A stretch of 64,000 nucleotides of DNA from positions 330,952-394,951 of the forward strand of contig NMRA01000072.1 of the NCBI GenBank assembly GCA_002633005.1. Direction: 5' to 3'. The position numbers were made by a program, and so were the translations under genes. The notes under the pieces are model-generated. The model was given only the letters and a program-made list of their open reading frames with translations, made no database searches and was not told the DNA's origin. This DNA comes from Phoronis australis. Lineage: Eukaryota; Animalia; Phoronida. Each line of letters starts with the position of its first letter. The first letter of the stretch is position 1. This document shows, one piece after another, positions 40,001-55,000 of the stretch.

Positions 40001-43000
40001 CACTGCATGTTAAATGATATAGTTCTGAGAATGTCACTGCATGTTAAATGATGTGATGCTGAGAATGCCACTGCATGCTAAATGATATAGTGCTGAGAAT
40101 GTCACTGCATGTTAAATGATATAGTTCTGAGAATGTCACTGCATGTTAAATGATGTGATGCTGAGAATGTCACTGCATGTTAAATGATATAGTTCTGAGA
40201 ATGTCACTGCATGTTAAATGATATAGTGCTGAGAATGTCACTGCATGTTAAATCATGAAGTGCTGAGAATGTCCCCGCATGGAAATGTTAAATGATGTAG
40301 TACTGCATGTTCAGTGTTCTCGAGATAAATCCATAAGGGTCAACTTTTCTTGCAGATTTTTAAATTTTGCATGTTTACAAATTATCTATGGGGACACATG
40401 CAGATTGGTCGGCATAGGATGAGTTGAAACAGCTCTACTAATTGCTCTTGCCAAGCTGAGACAGTTCTCAGTATAATACTGAAAACAGGAGACAAAAACC
40501 AAGTGAGAGTGAGTTTAGTGTGACAGGGCCACTATAACCATAACACAGTTGGAGCACGCAAAGCCTACTGTTTTAATCCTTGTCTCATCATTTTCTCCTT
40601 GTGTAAGTGTCTGCACATCAACCTATGCCTTGTTCCCACTAGTACTAACCTTTGCCTCAGTTCCACTCCATGTTCTTCCACTTGTCGTTCAAGAGTGGCA
40701 CATTTTTGAACCACATTCTCTAAATCAATCTTTAACTTATGGCCTTCCTCCACTGCATCCTACAAGACACCAGAACAACAAAATTGGTAACAATCACTAT
40801 TACAGGATCCTGCATTTTGAAAACCAGTTTCTCCACTGAATAATGGCCATTAAACGGGGTCTCAAAATCTGTATAATAATCACTTACACCAGTGCGGCAT
40901 TGTGAGAACCAGTTTCTCCACTAAATAATGGGCATCAAACTGGTTCTCAAAATCCATGAGCTCCCTAACTGACCATTGCCACAAAAGTAATAGTCACTTG
41001 CACGGGTTTTGCATTGTGAGAACCAGTTTCTCAACTGAATAACAGGCATCTAACTGGATCTCAAAATCCAGGACCACTGCCCCAAGACTCAATCAAAGGC
41101 CCAGAGGAGAGTTACTTATTGATGTGCATTGTATCTGAATTTCACTGGTCCGCAGGTGATACACAGAGGTTAATGTTCCTCACTAATTATTGGAAATATA
41201 TGGTCATCTTGGCAACAGACACACAGTTTGTCTACAATAATAAAAGATTCATTGGGCAGATGAATATAAGATGCAGTTTGATAGAAAACTATGACCTCAT
41301 TAATTTAATGAATTCATGAGATTTTTCCTCTATGCCTCATATGTCATGAGAACTCAGGATACAACCCTCGCCGCATGACCAAGTGACCATGTCAGTTTTC
41401 AAAAAATAACATAGAACATTGTTGCTAAGCGAACCAAAGTTCAATCCACAAAGACAATTAAGAGAAGTCTGTCATGTGTGATATAACCAAGTTAACCTAC
41501 CCAAGCTTTACATGAACAGGTTAGTAGCTTTCATCCGTGAACGATGATTCAGTGTAGTCAGGTTAAGGTTAACTTATTTTTACTGGATTTGAAAGTGTAA
41601 TACTACCTGCAGGGCTTTAATTTCTAGTCGCTTCTCCTGTAGGATGTTCTGCACGTCATTTAGTGATTCTTTCAGGGTGTTGCAGGTAGATTTATACTTG
41701 GAAACAGTTAAGGTTATCAATATTTCATTAGTATAGATGTCGTGATTGTTCCCGACAGAATCAGTAGTAACTGGCAATGACATAAAGGTACGTAATGTAA
41801 TGAGAGAATGATCATTAATCTTCTCAACATCAGCTGCTTCGGGAGCAATCAATAATGCTAAACTTTATTTTATCACGTAAGTCTGCAAAACATTGCCACA
41901 AAATACCAGTGAAGCATGTGATCAAGTCTGCGCCAATTTACTCCTGAGCGAAAAACTACTGAACACACCCTAGTGAACAATGTGGCACCAGTCAAGTATA
42001 TACCACTTTTGCTACCTATTGCCAGTCAAGGATATTCAGCAAGCTGCGCCGTCTGTTGGTCAATCAACTCCTCGGTCACATTTGCTTCCTGTTGGAGAGC
42101 TTGTTCTCGAGCATTCCTCAGCTTGCATTCAAACTCTGCTTTCAGCTCTGACATCTTAACTTGCTCAGCAGTCAACTGTAATAAGTAATGCATGCTTTAT
42201 TTATCATTCAGCCAATTTGAACAAGTTGGTGTCTATTATTTAAAGCTCTTGTGCACCCACTGTCTGTTCAAAACCAACGAATATGATTTAAACCAATAAC
42301 CTAGGTTACAAACTTGGGATACATTCCATAGACCTCGAGACATTAGTTTGCAATTGTGACGAAATTTTTTTTGCTTCATGGAACGGAAACAGCGAAGTCA
42401 ATTCCACAAATCAACACTCCAACCTCGCCAACCAATCACTTAGGAATCAGTAGTCGTCAAGAGAATTTGTTTTGTTATCGCTGGAAACCAGGTTAAGTAA
42501 CCTGACACACTTGTCACTTCATTTGCCAAAAGTAATGTGGCTGAAAATGTGCATATTATATGACAAAACACTGTATGGAGTTTTCAAAATATGAGCACAG
42601 CCCCAGAAATCGCTTTCGCATTATATCCAGGTTCTCATTCAGTCCTTTGCACACGTTCACAAGTAAGACCAAGCTCAGAGGAGTAGGATAAACCTTTGTG
42701 CAATGCTCGAATGTCAGCCAGTGAAGCCAGGATTTGAACCCAAGTCTCCCAAGCGGGACCCTGGAGTCCTAACCACTGAGCCACACTGTCTCCTCAAGTC
42801 ATCAACAGGTGTTTAGTTTCACAACTCTACTTGTAAGTTATCCCAATCGTAGTAGTTCAACCACACACATGCCCTAACGTCCTTACACACCTGTTCACTC
42901 AATGCCTGCACCAGCTCGTCCTTGTTCTTCACCTCAGCCTGGGCTAGCTCCAGTTCCATCAGTGACTGGCGTACTCCGTCCTGCAGACCATCACGCTCCT

Positions 43001-46000
43001 CACACAGCTTTGTGTTCTGTAATAAAGATGCAAATTTTCCTCATTCATATATTCATGAAAAGAACAAAGACACTGATCCACAATTCTTTCTTTCTCACTC
43101 CTATTCACATTTTTTCAGCCAACATCAGTGACACTGAGTCTAACCAGACCCATTATCTACTACACCCTCCATTCCCTCATTGCCACATACCCACCTCAGT
43201 CAGTAACCTTTTCATCATCCTCTCAGCCACACCAATTCTTAAGTCCATGCGCATCAACCTGTAACTCCACCTCTTCCACCATCATCTTAACCATTGTCTA
43301 TCACAGCAATTCTAACCACACCCACCTCAGCCTGCAACTCCACCTCCTCCACCCTCCACTCATCCAAAGTCAATCACATCGATTCTAACCACACCCACCT
43401 CAGCATCCAACTCCACCCCTTCCACCCTCCACTCATCCAATTCTAACCACACTTCAGCATGTAATTCTCCTCATCCTTCTACTCAGCCAGTCTAACACCC
43501 ACCTCAGCCTGTAACTCCTTCACTTCCTCCACCCTCTTCTCAGCCAGTGCCTCCAATTGTCTCTCTTTCTCCTGAATATTTCTAGCCTGGTCTCCCACAG
43601 TGTGCTCCAGGGATTCAATCTCCTTCATCTTCTCACCCAATTGACATGTCAAGTCTTCAACATCCTCATCTTGCATCATCTTGTTTGTTCTCATTTTCTG
43701 AATCTCAGTCATCAATTTGGCCACACTTTCCTAAATGAAGAGATGGGTAAAAAGTCACCTCAATGACTTTAATAGTTGTGAAGATGTTTTATCACGGCAA
43801 TTAAATGCGGCGTTAAAAGAAACAAAGCCTAACAATAAGTATCTGTTACGAGAAAAATTGCAATACCACCACAAGTGTTCTTATTTGAACAAGAATATTA
43901 ACATAACAGATGCACCTTTGTCCATATAATTTTTCTCACATACAGGCTACCAAAATGTTAACCTAATCTCTGTCAAAGAAAAGCACACCTGTCTTCCCCA
44001 TGTATAACCCTACCTTACTCTCCTCCAACGTCCTCTCCAGTCGCGCCTGGTTGAGTCTAGATGTGTCCACTTCCTGAGCTGCTGACCTGTAGTTCTCTTC
44101 TATAGAGGCCAGCTTGACCAGCAGGCTGTCCTTCTCAACTCTTAAACTGTCCAGCTCTTCAAGGGTGGTCAGTATTTGCTTCTCCTAAACAAATTGAAGA
44201 GTTTGTGTGAATTTAGTGATGAAACTGTATTTGAATGACTGCCATTCAAAAGACACTAGCGGTTCAAAATCAAACATGGATGCATTGCACAAACACAAGA
44301 TGCTCGTGAAGCACCAGCGGCAAGAAATCTTTGTCCATGGAACAGAAACAGCAAGCTCTATCCTATAATTCAACATGTTAACCTCACCGACCAATCACTT
44401 CCATCACCATTTTGCTTTGGTGTTTTAATAAGCTTCCACTCGTGTCATTTTGCGTGGCCTTGCATGGTTTCGTTTTTTGTGTCTATGGAATGCACAACAG
44501 TTGTGTCTGAATCAAGGACTTTTCCCTTTTAAGCAGAAAGATTGTAGGTCTGAAGACTTGAAGTGTCCGACATTCACAGGCCATAGATCTCCATTGCACT
44601 GAGCACCTGACTGAAGCTGGTGGGAACTCTTCAATAAATTATTAGCAGTTGGAGACTTCAAGGAGAACTTTTGCAGTTACCACACAAAACTCACAAATGT
44701 GAATCAAAATCTTACAGAGACAGTGCCATAAACACATTTACCGCTAGTGTCTACAGCCGTCTTTACTTGCCCATTAACGCCTCCTATTTCATATACTGAC
44801 CATTTAGTTTCTCGTTGGATTTCGCAGAAATATCAAAATTGAATGCATTCACACACAATCTAGTTTTTCAAATGTAACAGCTATCCCAACCGCAAGAACC
44901 AACCAATTAAAGTAGACTGACAGATGCTCCACCCACCTGCTCCCTTCCAGCATCATTCAGCTGAGCTGTCAGAGTCACGTTGACCTGTTTCTCCTGCTCC
45001 AGTCTCTCCATGTGAGTCTGCAGTGACCTCTCTAGCCCCTCCTTCTCTTTCAGCTCATTGGCCAAACGCTGCTCCAGTGATGTCAGCTGCTCCTCCTTGA
45101 AGTCCAATGTCGTCTGAGTCATGTCACATGTCTCCTGCAACAACACACAGAACATTATGTAAGTGAAATGCAAAGATCCTCTTACCACATAATCAGATCA
45201 ACTTCAATGATAGAAACTTCCCTATACAAAGTAACATTTCACTTTAATCAGTTGAAATACAATGAAAAACTCAAGAGGTTTCCTCACCAAAAAGCAAACT
45301 TTGTCAAAAAAAACTTTTTCAAAATGAATGAGATGACATGCCATGCAGTATAAATGACAAATAACCCCTAAGGGTTGGTAACAATTATATTGAATAGTTT
45401 ACATACATAGTAATTTTTGTCAAGATGTTAAAGGATAAACTCTGCTCTACTCTAGCATAAAGCATTAAGTCAGAGCGTTTCACTTTAGTAAAATACAACA
45501 TATCAGTACCTGTAACAATTCCTTTTCATTCTGTACAATGTCTTTCTCTTTCTGTAGACTGAGGAGTTCTCCTTCAATACGAATGAGCTGAAACAGACCA
45601 CAACAATTAAACTAACCACACAATTAACTATGAGGTCTTTCAAAGTATTTGTTATAACCAAGATTGTAAGCATGCTTTTGGCAAAGAGCAATGAGGTATG
45701 GACACACAAATTAGAAGAACATGTGAATATCAAGGCGTTCTTACTCAAGTCTAGTTTCTGTCTCAGCATGCTTGTTTTGCAAAGATATATAACAACCAGA
45801 AAGAAAAGCCATAACCAGACACTTTCAATTTTTCCAAACAAAGAAACGTGTACCCATACATAGGTGTGCTTGCTTTCTACAGTGCCCTCAATTAACATTC
45901 CAAGAGACTTGAGAACCCTCAAAATGAGACACGGAATGGTGCTAACTACAGAAGAAACACAAACACAAACACAGACACATGTTACAAAACACATGAGCCT

Positions 46001-49000
46001 CAAACCCCATACCTTCATGGACATAGCTTCCAGTTCTTGACTCTGTATCTCCGACACTTCCTTCTTCTGAGTCTTGACATTGAACAGTTCCTTATCAGAT
46101 GCATCCAGTACAATTTTGAGATCACGAACTTCCATCTTCAGAGCTACAAAATGATGTTACTCTATGAAAGGTGCTGGCATGTAGTTCGGTAGTATGGCAA
46201 GTGCGAACACTCAAAATTTGCCTTGATTCTTGTAAATTGCAAGATAGATTACACACACGGACACACATTACATTAAGAACATAAATATGGGTTGATTTTA
46301 TGAAAGTAAAAATATAAAAAACAAAAAATATTCTGTAATTTTAAAAGCTTCATTACGGCAAACCTCAATGAATAGTGCAGCCAGACTATTCAGATATCTA
46401 TTCATCTGCAGCACAGTAACGTCCCAATTCCCAAAGTACTTGTAACCAGCAAAATATTCGACATGTTTTTTCACTAAAACCGGTCCTCACTTGATGGTTG
46501 GACATTTTACAAAACACGTTTTTCTTTGTGACAGATGCAGCAAAGTCTCACAAAACAGAAAAGCTCCCTGATACAGCATTTTAATTTCCCATGAACACCC
46601 ATATCCCCAGTGTAACTTTTTCCCTTTGCAGGGATAGACAAACACACACATCACAATGACCTGCTTTTTGAAAGGTAAGGTGACTAACACATTTCAGAGC
46701 TGAGTTAGACACATGAAAGCTTTGCAACTCACTACGCAACAGCAAAGTTTTATTGGCATAAAAATAACAGGAAATAATTATTGTAATGCAACTAGTGATT
46801 AGCACGTCAGAAAATACAGCAGGACAAAAGATTATTGAGGCATTCCTCGCTCTACCATCTCGGACCGTCCTATGCTCGACCCACCATCCAAACCCAAGGC
46901 CGGCAATACCGTTCCCCCCCCCCCCCCNCCCTACGCTTGTCCCACCATCAAAGCCCTAGGCCCGCCCTACTGTTCCCGCCCTAGGCTTGTCCCACCGTCC
47001 CCACTCTAGGTTTCTTCAAATGTCCTGGCCTAGGCTTGCCCCAACGTCCCCACACTGTGCCCTAGGCTACCTCCACCGTCCAAGCCCTAGGTACACCCTA
47101 CTGCTCCCGCCTTAGGTTTGTCCCACTGTCCCCGCCCTAGGCTCGCCTTACCGTCCTCACGCTGAGTAGTCTCAGCCAAGGCTGTACTAATGTTCTCCAC
47201 CTGCCGCTGTAGATCAGCAATGTTCTGCACGGCCTGGCTGTGAGCTGAGCTCGAGTGCTGGGAAACAAACAGGGAAATATGAGTGGTTTCAGTCTGCATC
47301 ACACCATGAAGCTCTACTTGCTTTATTTTAAGTTAAAAATTTCCAAAAAAAATTGAACACAAACCAAATTATTTTCAGATGAAGCTCTTTCAACATGCTA
47401 TATTTCTTTCAAAATATAAAGGGGAATTTGGATGCTGTAAAACACCTAATTTCATTTTTGTTTTTAGACAGCTATATAGAACAAAGGGCAACTTTAACAG
47501 ATTATGGAATTTTGAATGTAATTATACAATTGAAATGAAGATCATCTCAACATCAGTCAATGATGAATAAAAAACTTAATATCCTTACCTGGAATTTGTG
47601 TTCCAGTTCGCTGACTGACTGTTTCAAACTGAGCATCGCCTGCTCTTTGGACTCCATCTCGGAGCGTAATCTGGCATTTTGCTCCTGAATTGGAAAGAAA
47701 CAGGACTGTGAAAGTATCAAGCTTGGTTTTTGGAATTGTACTAAAAAGTCATCAAATTTGTTTGGATGCCTGCATAGGTGTACATGTTTTTCTTTGATAA
47801 TCGGTCACAACACCCAATGAAGTATCCCTTTAATAATCAGTCACAACACCAAGTGAAGTATCCCTTTAATAATCAGTCACAACATCCAGTGAAGTATCCC
47901 TTTAACAATCAGTCACAACACCCAATGATGTACCCCTTTAATAATCAGTCACAACACCCAGTGAAGTATCCCTTTAATAATCAGTCACAACATCCAGTGA
48001 AGTATCTCTTTAACAATCAGTCACAACACCCAATGATGTACCCCTTTAATAATCAGTCACAACACCCAGTGAAGTATCCCTCTAATAATCAGTCACAACA
48101 TCCAGTGAAGTATCCCTTTAACAATCACTCACAACACCCAATGATGTACCCCTTTAATAATCAGTCACAACATCCAGTGAAGTATCCCTTTAATAATCAG
48201 TCACAACACCCAGTGAGGTACCCGTATTATAATTAGAGTGAGACCTACATTCAGCTTGCTGATCTCTTCAGTCAAAGCTTCAGTGGCCAGTTCCTTCATT
48301 TCTTCAGGTTCATTCTCTTCTGTGATCAAAGCATCGCTGTCAGCAAGGAAAGAGCCGTCCATAGAGGGAGCGATTATCGTCCGATTTCGCAGCTCATACG
48401 TTTTCTTTGGAGTCGTCATGGTCTGTTGAAAATAACCAAAGTACATGTTAAATACTGAATCATCATTCAAATGAACATAAACCAGTGTAATATTTAACTC
48501 TGACAGTGGATTTAGTTCAGACACCGATATTCTCTATTTGTACAACAGATGGCTCTTGCTTTCCACCATACTTCTCGCTTGCTGAGGCATTAAAATTACA
48601 ATAATTACAATCACAACTCAACTGTACATTTGCGTAATTACGCTCACGTGCCTGCGTGTGAAATTGAACCCATATCTCAAATAACAGGAACATGGATCTT
48701 TACGAGAGACACTACTTAAGTGAAACTGAGGCGCACGTTTTTCACATATTATGAGAGTGAAACCAACCCATAAAAGAACTGAACATGCTGACGACCATTT
48801 AGTTAAAAACAACTAAATGTAAGGTAATTACAAACGGACAAAAAACATGGATAACACACGTATATTCAAGGGACATCTGCCTGCACCTTTAGCAAAACTT
48901 AGACGGGTAAGCCAATATGCGAAACCCTTGAGTAAAAATTTTCCTTTTAAAGAAACCTGCATCATTGTGGACACAGACACATATTAATAGTTTACCATAC

Positions 49001-52000
49001 CTACCTTGATAGTCTCCATATGCATATCAGTTAGACTCTTCCTCTCAACCATGCTACTCAACTGCTGAGCTTCCAGTATTTTCTCCATCTCCAGTATGGT
49101 CTTGCTGTGTGCCGCCAGCTTGCACTCCATCTCGGCCTGCTGTTTCTTGTGCACCTCCGATTGCTCGCATAGTTCCTGTTTCAACTGGCAGAGGGAGACA
49201 CAGGTCAGCATACAGTCAAACAATAGCAGTGTAAAGATAGACGCCAGCTTTCTATTGATTCACAAGGAATATAAAATGTTTGCATCCTTGATGTTTAGAT
49301 TGTTCTTTGATTTTGTAATAATTGCATCCATGTTTATATTTATACCTCTTAGTGGGGCCCCAGAGGTCTATTTACTAGAATACAAAACTAACAAGACGTG
49401 TGATGCATTGGTGACTGGATTTGTTGCTTAAATGCCACAAACTTCAAGCCTAGTGCAAATGTGAAATATGTTTTCACATACAGAAATCAAACTCGAAGGA
49501 AAAAATCCATGACAAATATTTTACATTCATACTCAGGCACAACAAAAAATATCGCATTTAAGCTGGAGATCATGTTCAAAATGGAAATTCAGTTTCCGGC
49601 AAACAGCATTTTCACCGACAAAATGTAATTTCTTACTGTCGTATTCTATTGAGCCAGCGCAATCAACCTATCAGTGAAACACACAGTGAAAATTTTATAC
49701 AGAAACCAATAATTTGTATGATCTCTTTAAGCTTTGGAACATCGTTTTATCGAAGGTCGTGCATCCAATCTTAACAAAAAATGGAAGTGGTACCTCAAAA
49801 TTTTATCTCCTAACAAAAAATGTAGTTTAAGAAGGTGGGTACTCAACTAGAATTTGAAGTATTTCTGAAAAATAATTAAATCTTACTTGGGCAGAAATGC
49901 AAATTCTGAGAATAAACACACAACTGCCAGTCAATGAGATTAAAGTACTTCTAGGCTGTGATGTTCTAAAAATAACTTAGCTAAACCTTTATTCTTCAAT
50001 TATTAAGACTAAATTAATGTCTTAAGGCACCTTTCACGAAACAACCTAGACTTTCGACCTTTGAAAAAGCAGGCCAGTATGCAGAACTTACAGAGTCGAC
50101 TTGAGACTGGAGAGTGTTGATTTGACTTTTGTATTTCTGAATGGTTGCCACGGCAACACCATTATCTCCAGTCTGTGGCGTTGAATAAAGCATTTCTGAG
50201 TCAGTAGAGGTAGCTGTAAAGTAAAACACAAGAACATGTAGTACAAACAGCACAGAGTTACATTAGACATGAACTGCAGCCACATAATACAAGACCCAGG
50301 GGTCCTGTAAAACAATATGCCACACTGAACACAATTCATCTAGTCATTATTGAAAATGTTAACATCAGCTCATTAAGCTGAAACAGTTAACCACATTTAA
50401 CCAAAGAGAGCAATTCCTTAACTCGAGTTGAGTTGGTTTGTAACAAAGTGAGTGAATTCAAATGAAACCATTTTATCAGGAAAATAAAAAATGTAATGTG
50501 ACCAACAGGGGTATACAATAAGTCATACAGAAAAATTATGTCTACCATAATTGTCCAGTTGAGAGAATATTATGAATTGATTTTTGGCTTTGCGGCAGAT
50601 CGAATATGTACAACTATATTATCTAATCGACTTCCTGTGTCTTAATTTCTTGAGAAATAAAATAAACAAGAAAGTAAAACAAAAACGAAGAAGTCGGGAA
50701 CTGTTTGATCACTTCTCATTCCTTCCGATGAATAACTGCAAAATACTAACTGACAGCAAATGTCATACATATAAAGCCATGAGTTGCCATGGGCAACCTG
50801 TTAGGTCCTCTTCGACAGCCAATGTGAACTTCTCAAATTAGTGAGCAGTGAGGAATGGATAAAGACAACAGTCGTTACCTTGCAATCCAGTCTCGGCTTT
50901 CAGTTTGACCAATACCTCCTCCAGCTCTGCTAACCTCTTGACGTCAGCCTGCTGCTGGGTGACAAAGCTCACATCCTTGACCTTCTTCAATTCTGACCTT
51001 AGGCACTGGTTCTCCATGGCATACTTGGTTACTACAGGGTTGTGGTTCACCTGCTCCTTCAAGGCATCTATTTCTTGCTTCATGTCGTCCTAGGTTCATA
51101 CATACAAAGGTAACGATGAAACAGGAGATTGTCACTTGTCACCATCAAAATATTCAGTAAGTTGGAGATGTACTTGCGCCTTTGTACATTTTCGCAGAAA
51201 AATACACCTTATTGTTAATCCACAACAGAAACCAGAAAAGAAAATTTCAAACTTGGCATATGGATAGAAATTTTTTTTCTTTGCAAAATCAAAGCAAAGA
51301 AACAAACATTCACCACAATGCTTTGCCTTTAATTCACAAGAGGTGGGTCAAGAACTAACTTCTCGCATGAAGAGCCTGATGACTCATAGGACTTCTTTCT
51401 ACAGTTCCAGAAGTTTTCTCTAATTGGCCATGTGACCTGCACACTGCACATATCAGATGCAACAAAAAGTTTACAGCCCATCATCACTTTTTTATGAATT
51501 ATTACAACTTCAAGCAGCTACAAACATGCATTCCATCAAAGAAATTAACTTTTGATTAACATTATAAAACTGAATTCAACTTGGAAAAAAATTGCCAGTT
51601 CGCTGTTTCTTGAGACCATGTTCTGTGCATGAAATTACCTGCTGTTACAAGCCTACTTGTAAAGCTCGGTCTTATACAATGACAGGCTGTCTATTCTTTC
51701 CAACCGCACAAATCTCCTCTACTTTAACTGAGGAACAATCTGAGACCAATTTCAAAATAGCACGTGGGCTAAACCAAAAGTTGGTTTTAGGGACAAAAAG
51801 CAGGTGTATGCAGCTTTGATTTTTTCAAAATAAATACTAGAGATCAATAACTATTATATCTACGAGAAATGGCCTTGTTCAGTGCAAACTTACCATGAGC
51901 GCGCTGGCTGTTTCCTCAATGTCCAGTTTGTTCTCCTTCAACTGTTTCTGCAGCCGACTAATGTGCGACTCTCTGAACTTGATGATCATCTTTGTGGACT

Positions 52001-55000
52001 GGACCACCCTCTCCTTCTTGTTACACATCTCCTCCATCTGACTCATCTTGGCGTGCAGCGCCTGTAATGGTACACGGTGCACGGTGGTCTAAATCATCTT
52101 GCTTATGCATGCTTTGTGAGAAGCACGTCTGTTTAATGACTGCAACTCATTTTAGGATACGACCACTGACGGGAAAAGTTTATCTGCAGAATTTAAAGAC
52201 AGTGAACTTGATGAATGTAATAATGACATGGCTGTTTTAATTCTGCTCGCATTGTTTAATTGGAAAATTGGGTTTAAAATAGTTATTGATGCATAAAGTG
52301 ATCGACACCTAGGTTGACGCCAAGTCACATTTGGCGACTTGGCAAAAATCAAAGATCACCAAATGAAATCCGAGGTTGTCAAACTGACATCTGATTCGCT
52401 GACTAAAAAGTAAAAAAGACATAGGTCACACCGTTCTCTGCTCTCACAAACTGACGCCTATCTCTCCTCAACTTCTCCCCATAAAGGCATATAACATTCA
52501 ATCTCTAACTCAGTTCCTGCTGCCAACGAAGACGGAACGCACACGATCACTTACACTGGAGGTGCAAGTGCGATTTTTGCTGGACAATTCCGAATTCCGT
52601 CTGTTTACTTCTTTTTAAAGCACATTTGATGTGTGCTGGTGGCAAATGCCCTGATTTCATGAAATAAATGGAACAATTGTGAACCAATAAAATTTATGAA
52701 AACTGTCTGTTAGTTATTTAAAGTTTGGAAGTCAACACGAACTTTGAAACGAATTTTGGGGCGACTTCGTGGTGATTTGGGATTTTTTACAGGACCCTAA
52801 ACACAATCTGAGCTTGCATATGATCAGTAATACAATAAGACACCAGTCAATTGCATCAGTCCCTAATTTAAGCTAAATTCCACCCAACCTGTTGCTCCTC
52901 AATGGCTCTCTCTCTGAACAACATAGCGTGCAAGAAGTGGCTCTGCCACAGACGACAGTCTCCAGACACCTCAACAGAGGGCGCAGCTGGCTCCACAGTC
53001 AACATGCCCGACTGATATTGCAGCAGACATTCCTTCAACTTCTTGATCTCCGCTTGCAGGACAGCCACACCACCGCTGGTGTCTTCGTTAACGGACGCCT
53101 ACATGGAATTTCAGGTGTAATCAATTGATATTCTCAGCACTTAAATGTTGCTCATTTTACTACAGCAAGAAACCAAAATTCAACTTTGCCACCACTGAAG
53201 TTGCTGAACACATAAAAGGTTTAAACTACCATTTTCACTGTTCGTGTTATTATGGGCAATCCCAGTACTTTAAATAGTACATAGCTATATATATTCTGCA
53301 GCATACGTGTATGAGTGTCTAAAACCCTAGCTCTTAACATAAGTAACTTAAGTAAAAGACTAGTGCACATATGTTTCAAAAACAAACTTTAATTTACTAC
53401 TTTATTAGGTAACCTCACATAAGAACAGAGATAAATGTCTTTCATCATATTGTTTCTACTGACCTTATTCTTAATCATCTTTGCCCGTCTCACAAACTGG
53501 AGTGTTGACAGTGTTTCTCCAAAACACTTGGATCCAGGATGAACACAGCCTATGATACACGTTTTGGCATTACCACCTAGAGAGTCCTGTCATTGCAGAT
53601 AAAGACAAAGTAAGAAATCACACATTTGTCGGTACAAGCAAATTGACAAACTTGGGATAAATGACAAACTGTGCTGCATCAACTGGTAAATGTCACAGGC
53701 AAACAGAACGTGTGACGACCAGACACAAGTGAAAGCTCAAAGGTGAGATGGTAACATGTCAGTATGCAGCATTCACACCAGACTGAAAATCATTTTTTCT
53801 TGAACACAATCATGGCAATTTACAAAAACTAAGGGCTGTTCCAGTAAAATCCGTGTGGGAGGGGGGGGACGGCAGTAGAAATAAAAATTCATGGGTGGTG
53901 GTCTTCAGAAAAAAACACAAATTATGGGTGGTCGTTCCTGTAAGAAGTGATGCATTAAAAATGGGTGGTATTTTTTGACCTGTTAATGTTGACAGGTTGG
54001 TTACTTCAGCCCTCAAAACTCAAAAAAATCCAATACAGAAAAGCCCATATCGCTAGTGAACAGAGTGCAATATGTTCACTAAGCCATTAATCAAGTCATG
54101 GGCAACTTGATTTGAGCCACCTGCTTGTCTGCAGTCCTATTGAAATGAAAAGTTATGCAACACTAAACTGGTGTTAACACATATAAGAAAATTGATGATT
54201 TTTAAATAAAAAGTATGAGGAGTAAGATAAACAAGTTCCAATATTCACTTGACATAGAAGTATAAAAGAGTTTGTGGAGACAGTTTGAGATTCATAGATC
54301 CTTATAATTGAAAAAATGTTCATTGAAATTATAGACACATGGTGAACAGAGACACCTGGTGGCTGCCAAAAGTATTGCTCACAGGCTACTTTAGTTCTTG
54401 ACAATAGGGTATTGGTTCTGGTCTGTCAATCATCTAAGTTCTTAACAGGTCCTCCTGGAGGCAATTTGTTTGCAAGTGTTGGATTTTATATTTTAACCTA
54501 TTAAAAATAATTAAAAAATTATGGGTCATGGGTTGGAGAAATAAATGAAAATTATAGGCGGTGGGTACGAAATAAAAGTGCCTTCCCCCCCCTCCCATAC
54601 AGATTTTGCTGGAACAGCCCTAATATGTAATGTCTAGCAGAGACATATAATCTTCTAGTCATAATCACATAATCAAATTAAGTGAAGATACAGTGACAGA
54701 AAAGACGGACAGCCAAGATATGCTTAAAAGAAGGTAAACTTGCCCTTCCCTGCCACAACTCATAGCCTACTTACCCTCAACAGGAAACTGAGCTTTGAGT
54801 CTCTGTATGGAACGTAGCGACTCTTGCCGTGAGCGATGTCAACCAGGGACATTATGACATTGCCCAGCGTGGACAGGGAATTGTTTATGCTGCATGCCTC
54901 CTGCGAAGAATGATACAATATAGGCTTAACACAAAGACAAAAAAATGGGGAAAATTGTTACGCTTTCTCTCCTTTGAACACAGCTGGAAATTAATAAATA

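Noticed and set aside
39880-40310. 30-bp repeat array as a CRISPR-like locus
   Set aside because: Head-to-tail units with no unique spacers, in a eukaryotic intron, with no cas genes.
42724-42793. tRNA gene
   Set aside because: A and B boxes are present but the acceptor stem does not pair; called a SINE.
45503-46135. 210-aa ORF and other long ORF-track entries (e.g. 36999-37475, 55773-56282)
   Set aside because: Exon read-through into intron, or chance ORFs in introns and repeats with no recognisable protein motifs.
47778-48236. 152-aa ORF of [12 protein letters not shown] repeats
   Set aside because: Stop-free frame of a 36-bp intronic minisatellite antisense to KIF15. Its similarity to the neighbouring exon is too weak to call it junction-derived.
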